Source: Macrostomum lignano
Lineage: Eukaryota
Assembly: GCA_002269645.1 (NCBI GenBank)
Contig: NIVC01005059.1
Location: 1 to 27,470, forward strand
DNA: 27,470 bases
Direction: 5' to 3'
This document shows, in pieces, positions 20,266 through 27,470 of the stretch; positions within the stretch are counted from its first letter, which is position 1; every line of letters begins with the position of its first letter. The notes beneath the pieces were generated by a model, which worked only from the letters and a program-made list of their open reading frames with translations, was not told where the DNA came from and did not search any database. Made by a program: the position numbers and the translations under genes.

Positions 20266-20977
20266 TCATTGTGCATTTCTCGTTGTACTTCTCGTTGTCC
20301 TTCTTTCCACATAATGTTGAAGAACTTTCTCGAGTTCATTTCTCAGCTGACTCATGTCATCAGTACCGACCATGTTCAAGTTCATTCGAATTGATTGTTC
20401 ATAAAGATCCTGAATGGTTTTGAACTCATCCTCTGAAATGAACTTATCCTCGATTGCCCTTGAAATGTACCCTATGATTGAAGTGTGCACCCCTTTCTCT
20501 TTTACTTGCTTCTCCTGTAGCTGCTTTAGTTTTTTTCGCCTGTTTCGCGCTAATGCTCCAGTAATTGCTGAAATAAGTCCACATGCAGCACCCACAGAGC
20601 CGAGCGGGATTGCGATTGGGGCTGTGATGACTGGCAACACTGAGACAGCTGCAGCAGATCCAGATAGAACAGACACAGATCCTAGAATCATATTGCTGTA
20701 GTCGAAAAATTTACAGTGGTTGTCATAGCGCTTAATTTTCTTTGTGTTGTGGAAAATATTTTTTTCAAGATCATCGCGCATTTTTTGAATCTCCACCAGT
20801 CGAAACTGTGAGAGTTACAAGTAATGACGGGGTAGAGTTTTTGTTGCTCATATTGGGTGCATTCAGATTCGGTGCCAGGTTTTGTGTGTTCGAATTCGGT
20901 GCCATTGAGTTTGGTGCTGTCGGTATTTTAGGTTCAACGTATTGAGACTGATCGTATAGAGAATTTTGTTGGGCCAT
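20266..20977 (-). CDS. Conserved Maverick membrane-associated protein (GasderminX-like), frameshifted near 20810-20850
   Basis: LYP/FRL N-terminal motifs, a two-helix hydrophobic stretch (LGSVSVLSGSAAAVSVLPVITAPIAIPLGSVGAACGLISAITGAL), then ISRAIEDKFISEDEF. AAAAAAATG start at 20977. Confidence 0.7.
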
Positions 20978-21068
20978 TTTTTTCTCTAGAAAAAATAAAA
21001 AAATTATAAAACTATCCGGTTGAAAGATCTGTTTTCTTTTTGATAATTCCATCTGCACCGCCGGTTGT

Positions 21069-21886
21069 CTAGGCGGCTCTCGTGACGCCGGAGGATCGCG
21101 AGTCCAGCAGGCAGCGGCTGGGCGGCTGACGTTTGAGAGCGTGCCGGATTACTCCGGCGGGGTCCAGAGCTCCTTCTACTCGATCTGTAGACATGACCGG
21201 ACGAGCAGCAGATTCTGCTTCATCAATAGCAATGTCACGAAGATTGAGTGTTCTCTCCAGACGATCAAGCCTCCTTATTATTTTACCCCAAGAGCTATAC
21301 ATTCCGTTTAGATAGCTACTGTGTGATACATCCTTTCTCTTTAATGCTTCAAGTCTTTCTTTGATTCGATCATGCAACGATGTTGACTGAGTCATGAACT
21401 CTTCTAAATTATTGACTTTACTGTGTTGGTTGCGACGTTTTCTTTAATTCTATCATGCAACGCTGTTGACTGGTTCATGAACTCTTCTAAATTATTTACT
21501 TTAGCTGTGTTTGTGAAAACTCCTCCTTCAAGAATACGCATCCGTCTATCAGTGGAATTTCCCAGAAGATTAACTGATGATCTCAAGCCGTTGATTAGCG
21601 AGACTATCGAAGTTATTTCTGACCTAAGTTCATTAGTTGCGTTTAACAACGGCACATAAAGCTTATCACTTTCAAACTTCTGCCTAGCTACTTTAAGCCT
21701 GAGATCTTCCATGTTTATTTGCAACTGGTGCATGGAGCGCTCTAGGGCTTTCAGTCTGTTTTTATTCAGTTTGATCTCTGGGATCTTTTCGTCGCTGTTG
21801 ATATATCGCCTGTCAAGGATGGATATCTGAGCTGATGTAAGAGCGCTGTTGCCAGAAATGGATTCACCTGCAAAGTTTATCGACAT
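21069..21886 (-). CDS. Coiled-coil protein, about 272 aa, with internal 28-aa repeat; one frameshift at ~21417
   Basis: KVNNLEEFM(N/T)QST(A/S)LHDRIKE occurs twice; adding one A joins 21404..21886 and 21069..21395 (818+1=819 nt). Confidence 0.75.
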
Positions 21887-21902
21887 CTTTTAATAGCAAA
21901 TT

Positions 21903-22701
21903 TTAAATTACAGTTCTTTTTTCTTTGCTGATAATCACAAACTGGTAAGGCTGATTCCACTTGTCATAGCAAAGATTAACGAATTCCTCTTGTGAAATCT
22001 TTCTGCTTGAGTTTTTTGTTGGATTTATGAAATAGGCAGGCGCAATGACCTCATTGTAAAATCTTTTTAACCTGTCCTGTGGAATGGTTGGAAACAGGAG
22101 AATCAGATTGCAGTTCCCACGAATTGTTTTGTTCGGGAGCTCGAACCAGTTCTGTGCAATGTAAATTACATTACAATTGTTATGTCGCCCTCTTGTAAAA
22201 TAGTTTTCTATCTGCTTCTGTGGGCCTGTCATACAATCATCAAAGACGATCAAATGCTTTCTCCCCTTTTCTAGCTCATCTGGTTGGGGTAGAAGTTTGG
22301 TCTTTGGATCAGCCTGTGGATCTCCATAGGTGAACACTTTAATGTTCTGCCATTTTTCATTGTCTTTGAGGTGCTTTGCATATTCGGCAGCTACAATTTC
22401 AGGGTTACTGGGAAGGCTCATTTGGTTATTAAAACATGCAATAATGTCCTCTTTGTTCAGTTGTTTTGAAGCCAGCAATCAGCATTCTATACTCATCTTG
22501 ATACAGTGTGGGAGAGTAGATGTGCAGAGTGTCATAGTCGATAAAGCCAGGTCTAAGAAGCATGTTAAAGACTCTGAATGTTTTACCTGAACCTGATGAA
22601 CCAACAACAATGCATCTGAAGTGACTCGGGATTGACTCATGATGAGAAAACTTAATCTGATTACGCGTCCAGTGAGGATTGAAGTCGTTTGAAAAGTCCA
22701 T
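21903..22701 (-). CDS. A32/FtsK-like genome packaging ATPase, about 266 aa; frame break at ~22465
   Basis: Walker A GSSGSGKT, Walker B LIVFDD, RGRH arginine finger, IYIAQ sensor. AAAAAATG start at MDFS. Confidence 0.93.
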
Positions 22702-22739
22702 TTTTTCTATGATGAAAAAAAATTTAAATAATAAATAAT

Positions 22740-22928
22740 TTAGATGTGTCATTTCGGGACTTAGATGTGTCATTTTGGGACTTAGATGTGTCATTTTGGG
22801 ACTTAGATGTGTCATTTTGGGACTTAGATGTGTCATTTTGGGACTTAGATGTGTCATTTTGGGACTTAGATGTGTCATTTTGGGACTTAGATGTGTCATT
22901 TTGGGACTTAGATGTGTCATTTTGAGAC
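22740..22928. repeat. 21-bp tandem array, 9 copies (TTAGATGTGTCATTTTGGGAC)
   Basis: 189 bp = 9 x 21, immediately upstream of the ATPase start. Confidence 0.97.
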
Positions 22929-23012
22929 TAGTCTTGTACCTTTACATTTCTTGTACCCTCGGAAAGTACCTTTAGTCAAATTTGAAACCACTTCCTTTTT
23001 TAATGCTTGCTC

Positions 23013-23354
23013 TCATCTTCTCATAGACTGCAGGGTCCACACTGTCTGGGTTTGGGGCCAGCGGGGCCAGCGGGCCAGAGGTTGAATCTCTTGTTTAGGT
23101 GTTACAGTATCCTTTATCTTTTTGGCTGCTGTGGCTACACTGCCAGCCGCTTCGGCAACGTTCTTGATGTTCTCTTTGTTCTCTCCAATGACCTTAAAAA
23201 TCTTGGCCCCCTGAGCGATCAAATCGGCAAGGCCATTCCCGAGCGTCTTTTCTTGGATAGTGGCCTGCAGGGAAAAGTCCAGATCCGCGTTTAATAGATT
23301 AAGTTCCTCTTTGTCATAGTATTTGTCAATGTCTTTTTCGAAAATAAGTGGCAT
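23013..23354 (-). CDS. Small protein, about 113 aa, with GNG followed by an amphipathic helix (putative membrane-lytic virion protein)
   Basis: Own AAAAATG start at 23354; LGNG/LADLIAQGAKIFKVIGENKENIKNVAEAAGSVATAAKKI. The C-terminus may be frameshifted. Confidence 0.55.
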   Translation of the reverse strand: MPLIFEKDIDKYYDKEELNLLNADLDFSLQATIQEKTLGNGLADLIAQGAKIFKVIGENKENIKNVAEAAGSVATAAKKIKDTVTPKQEIQPLARWPRWPQTQTVWTLQSMRR

Positions 23355-23389
23355 TTTTACTTGAAATAAATTATTTTTTGTTGAACCGC

Positions 23390-24524
23390 GAAAGCAGAAG
23401 CTCTCTCGCCCTTTATCGATGTATTTTCTCTCAAGCATTTTGTCCAGGATGTTGACAAATTCTTTTCTATTCTCATCTTTCATTCCGGTCTTTGCCGCTC
23501 CTAGAAGAACCGCTACTCGCTTGTAGATTTCAGCTATTCCTTTTCCAGATTGGGGCGGTTGGTCTTGGGGTTGTGGAGTTGGTTGGGCTTGTGGCTGCTG
23601 GGGAGGTGATCAAAAGACTGCTCACTTTCAGAGATGGAACTGTCATGTGGCGCCTGTCTTTGTTGAGGTGTGAAAACTCTTTGCTTGATTCTGTTCATTC
23701 GATCTGGAGAGTGTTGTTCTAAGTGTTGCCAGTCTGTTGGGTGATCATTTTTATATTCAGCTACTTGAGTCGGATCTGCATTTTCCAGTTGCCTGAGTAC
23801 TTGTTCTTCTGTGAAATGTTGCTGCTGTTGTGGCGGTTGTGTTGTTGCTGTTGTGTTGTTGTTGTTGTCTTATGACTTTCCTGATCTGGCAAACCAACCA
23901 TTGTTTAAAGTATTGTACTTTTTGAATCTAGTCAGGTTGACACCGTTATTCATAAATTTCAACTTCCGTTGTTTAGTATTTCTATATCTCTATCAAGAGC
24001 AAAAGTCACTAGATCTCTTGTAATTTTTGAGCTGTTTTTAGAGATTCTCTAGGTTCTTGGTCATAATCAGTAAGGTTTGTGAAAGGATTCTTAGTTTCGA
24101 GCCTTTGACAACAGAAATGTTTTCCTTATTTATGTCGATATAATATTCCACTGGTTCATTATAAATTTTTTTCGCCAGGCTTATTCCAAATATATTTCCC
24201 ATCATGTTCGACACGCTCTACTGGTCCAAAAATGTTATCTGTCACTTTTAGTTGCTGGTTGTTGGTTCCTGTTGTGGTTGCGGCTGGTGGTGGGAATTTT
24301 GCCCAAAACCTTTTGCACTTGGGTTTCCTGTATGTCGTCGATAGTTTCTTTGACCTGATCAATATTTTTCTTAGCTTCTCCATACCCGGGCTTTGAAACT
24401 CTGTGGCTGCTTGGACAAACTCATTGTAGGATTGTTGCTCCTTATTTATTAGCCCGGTAACTCGTTTCTCTGCTTGTGCTAGCTTCTCCAATTCAGATAT
24501 CTGCTGTGTACTTTTTCGCTTCAT
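23390..24524 (-). CDS. Conserved Maverick protein of unknown function, multiply frameshifted; 3' end approximate
   Basis: Starts at 24524, has Q/T-rich low-complexity tracts, and ends with KGIAEIYKRVAVLLGAAKTG...EFVNILDKMLERKYI. That tail resembles the RLxLLxAxxxAGN...E...I.D.L C-terminal motif I recall from polinton proteins. Confidence 0.55.
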
Positions 24525-24554
24525 TTCTTATTTTATTTTATTTTTAGTTAAAAA

Positions 24555-25838
24555 ATGAACGACCCACTGACACCAGTTTTCTACAAAATTAACAAGCCTA
24601 TTTTGAGTGATGATAGCACAATCAAAGCGACTCAGGTAAGAGTTCCCAGTCAGGAAAATCAGAATGAAACTAATCTTGGTCCTGGCCAAACACTGACATT
24701 TACATACAATGGATGTTCGTCTTTGGTTAGTGTGCACAGTCTTAAGAGCGGCTTCCATATGACATTTCAATTCAAGACAAAGGGTGGTGCGGATGCGGCT
24801 CGTGCTAACGTTGACAAGCATGATGCGGATGTGGCTCTGATCAGTAACTTTTGGGCGTACATGTTCAAGGAGTTTAGTGTATCGAATGGGAGCACTGAGT
24901 TGGAGCGAATCGCCAACTTTGGAATTGTCTATGACGCTCATTGTTTGATCGAGAATCCTGATTTTATTCAGTTGGGAAGTGGTGCGGGTTTTATCGCAGA
25001 TGAAAAAGAAGGAGACACAATGACAGTGGCTATAAAAAGAGGAAGAAGAGATACAACTATGCATTGCAAGGTGCAGATGATGCTGCTAAAACCCGCTGTA
25101 TCGGTCTGTTGATGTATTTGTACCACTGAGATTCATGAGTGGATTCTGTAATACATTTAATCGACTGACTAGTAACTTTAGCTACACCTTTAGGATGACT
25201 AGAGATGATCGCAGTAGAGTGTTGTGGACTGGGGCGGACACACAAGGATGGAGGTGAAGCTAACCGGAATCGAGCTGTATTTGGAAGTCATTGAGCCAAA
25301 GACTGCACTAAAAGCGGATTATCTTAAGGCAATAGAGAAGGACATTGATGTTGCATACACGGCCTACATGTGTCGAGATGAGCGAAACGAAACTAGAACA
25401 AACATCTGCATTAAAGAGGGATCATGCAGCAATCCACGGTATATTATTATTAACATGAGAAACCCAAATAGCATTATACGCTACATGCATGGAGACGTGC
25501 GGTCCATTCAGCATGAAATCAGTGATAATCTTTACCCTGCACTGCCACAAAATGGAGATTTCAGTCAGAACAAGATTAGCAAATTTTACAGCGAGTTGGT
25601 CGACTTGGCTGTGAAAGAGAACAATGGAATTGCTATCACTGCTCTTCAATATGGAACTCTATATCCAATGTTTGGCGCTGATGTGTCTGCCAGACAAATG
25701 CCTACTGATAACAGCCCTGTGAATATCGTGACTAACATTGAGAGGACTGTCGCAACACCCGTGGACCTGTACATTATCTATGCATTTGAGAGGAAGGTGA
25801 AGCTTAACATGATCAACAATTCATCCAGTAAAGTTTAA
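24555..25838 (+). CDS. Major capsid protein (double jelly-roll), about 428 aa after repairing 3 single-base frameshifts
   Basis: SDDSTIK; NDSGYKKRK and VPLRFMSGFC in the repaired middle frames; YIIYAFERKVKL C-terminus. Size and position next to the mCP fit. Breaks at ~25020, 25105 and 25245. Confidence 0.85.
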
Positions 25839-25862
25839 ATATTTTTTTTGTGGGTGAAAAAA

Positions 25863-26724
25863 ATGGAAGCTATAGCCGAAAGACTAAACAATATTATTTC
25901 GCACTCAAGGAGAGCATTCCTATTACAATAACTGGGCGAATTAATGACTCAAACGGGATATTTGTTCAAAAATTAGAGCAGGCGATTAGCCTGGATCCAG
26001 GTGCTAATTACCATGTCTATCTTAACGACTTCACTGGTTGGTCAAACGTTCCCAATGTGACGGCAGCAAATAATAAGTTTTATTACAAATGGAAAGGTGC
26101 AGCAGCAGAACCTGTGGTATTCCCTGTGAGCACGCAAAGTGTGGATACCTACAATTACTTTCTAGAAAACGTCTTTACTAAAAGAGGCCATTTTGAGACA
26201 CCTGATATGAGTAAGCCAGAGAAGAAACTGTTCCCTGTTAAACTAACCTATGATCTCACTGTAATGAGAGTGGTCATGCAAGTTCACAAAGATGCGGAGG
26301 TTGAGTTTAAAGATGACACTTGGTATAGGGAATTGGGATTCGTGAAGAAAGTTTATAAGGCAGAATCCACAGCGCGGACTGTCACTCAAGCATCGGGGGC
26401 CGTTAGCATGGCCCGGGAAAGTGTACGCGGTTTGTTCTTAGCACCCAATATAGCAGACATTGTAAAGGGTTTGAATATTCTAATCAGAACTAATCTCAGT
26501 CTTGATTGGGTATTTAAGGGAAAGCGAACTAATATTTTGTACAACATCTCCAACTCTGTAGCTGGAGGACAGATGGTGGTAGAGAAACCAAATCCAGTGA
26601 AAAGAGTTGTATTGAGTAATAAGGAGATTCACGAGATTGTGCTTCAGTTTGAGACTGAAGATGGGATGGGCGTTGATTTAATGGGGAAGAGTTTGTATTG
26701 ACGTTAATCATTGAGAGAATGTAG
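25863..26724 (+). CDS. Minor capsid protein (penton, single jelly-roll), about 287 aa after repairing 2 frameshifts
   Basis: ISLDP..YHVYL, WSNVPNVTAANNKFYY, ILIRTNL, ILY, EKPNP, FETEDG.VDLMGEEFVLTLII. Confidence 0.88.
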
Positions 26725-26727
26725 AAA

Positions 26728-26967
26728 TCACAATTGCCTAATGATTTCTGCAAAGTTATAGTAGCTGTCGTAATCTTTTACGTAGGTTACTCCATACTTA
26801 TGAAACCAGTGTCTTTGGAGAGCTAGATTAATATTAGGGACATTGATATCAACGTCGGGCCAATATTTTCTCATGTACTCGCTGCATTCTAGTTTGCATC
26901 GGTACTTACTCTTGTAATTAGGCTCGTGCGCTTTGTAATAAGAACCTGGAGAGACAACTGGAAACAT
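26728..26967 (-). CDS. TIR-encoded hypothetical protein, 79 aa (right copy)
   Basis: Paralog of 11789..12049; AAAAATG start. Confidence 0.7.
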   Translation of the reverse strand: MFPVVSPGSYYKAHEPNYKSKYRCKLECSEYMRKYWPDVDINVPNINLALQRHWFHKYGVTYVKDYDSYYNFAEIIRQL

Positions 26968-27470
26968 TTTTAGAGAAATTTAATTTTTTTTTCAAAGGGT
27001 AAGGACCCTGGGTTAGGGGATTTAAAGTCTTTAGGGATCTGGTTTCATGTTGCGAATTGAATGTGGGGAGAAGAATGCAGATTTTTTCTGATTGTTTCGA
27101 AGATGCTATGGTGGATGTCAGTGGATTATGTCATGTGTCATGAGCATAACAGGTTCAGTGACCATATTCCTATTCTGTCAGTCATAATATGATGGATTTA
27201 ATGGGATTAAAGTTTTGAGCTGCCCTTTTCATGATTCTTCAGGGATAATATGGATGGATTTAATGGATTATGGAGGACGTTTTGTGAGCGGTGCGACCCC
27301 CTTTTTTCTGATTCTGTCAGGGATAATATGGATGGATTTAGGTGGATTATGGAGACGTTTTGTAGCGAGTGCGACCCCCCTTTTTTCTGATTCTGTCAGG
27401 GATAATATGGATGGATTTATGGATTATGGAGGAGGTGAAAATTTTGTCCAGAAGCCCCCTCATGCCTTCT
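26731..27470 (-). repeat. Right terminal inverted repeat (~740 bp, last 3 nt beyond window)
   Basis: Reverse complement of the left TIR, with shortened homopolymers, an extra partial internal repeat and diverged patches. Confidence 0.93.
26996..27009 (-). promoter_or_regulatory. Palindromic AGGGT-N4-ACCCT motif upstream of right TIR ORF
   Basis: AGGGTCCTTACCCT on the minus strand, 28 nt before the ATG at 26967. Regulatory role is inferred. Confidence 0.5.

Larger units (their letters stand above)
11325..27470. mobile_element. Maverick/Polinton (adintovirus-like endogenous virus), about 16.15 kb, essentially full length
   Basis: 5'-AGTAGAAGGCATGAGG start; the window end is its reverse complement minus 3 nt. 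Long TIRs, plus integrase, pPolB, cysteine protease, packaging ATPase, MCP and mCP genes. Confidence 0.97.

Noticed and set aside
23013-23483. Single 156-aa ORF as given in the track
   Set aside because: It looks like a fusion of the large ORF's C-terminus with a separate gene that has its own AAAAATG at 23354; probably joined by an indel.

Overview
Eukaryotic (probably invertebrate animal) transposon-rich DNA in two parts. (1) 1-11324: a degenerate duplication, an (AG)42 microsatellite, a truncated Tc1/IS630-type transposase, a 103-bp tandem array, and three minus-strand genes. These are a spliced gene with an HROB/DUF4539-like OB-fold, a spliced BEN-domain gene and a frameshifted EnSpm/CACTA (CMC) DDE transposase. 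(2) 11325-27470: an essentially complete ~16.1-kb Maverick/Polinton (adintovirus-like endogenous dsDNA virus). It starts 5'-AGTAG, has ~0.7-kb terminal inverted repeats (the right one is cut 3 nt short by the window end) and carries the full core set: rve integrase, protein-primed PolB, adenain-type protease, packaging ATPase, major and minor capsid proteins. It also encodes a parvovirus-type PLA2, an adenovirus pX-like protein, a membrane protein and several unknown ORFs. About 15 frameshifts in the core genes can each be repaired by adding one base to a short base run, so the element is probably intact and the breaks are probably long-read errors. The most unusual signals are: mosaic TIRs that each carry a copy of an unknown gene, a shared AGGGT-N4-ACCCT palindrome 26-28 nt upstream of pPolB and both TIR genes, two divergent gene pairs each separated by exactly 30 nt, an array of 12-bp palindromes next to a DUF3102-like ORF, and the HROB-like gene beside the EnSpm module. 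All family calls come from motif recognition by eye; no database searches were run.
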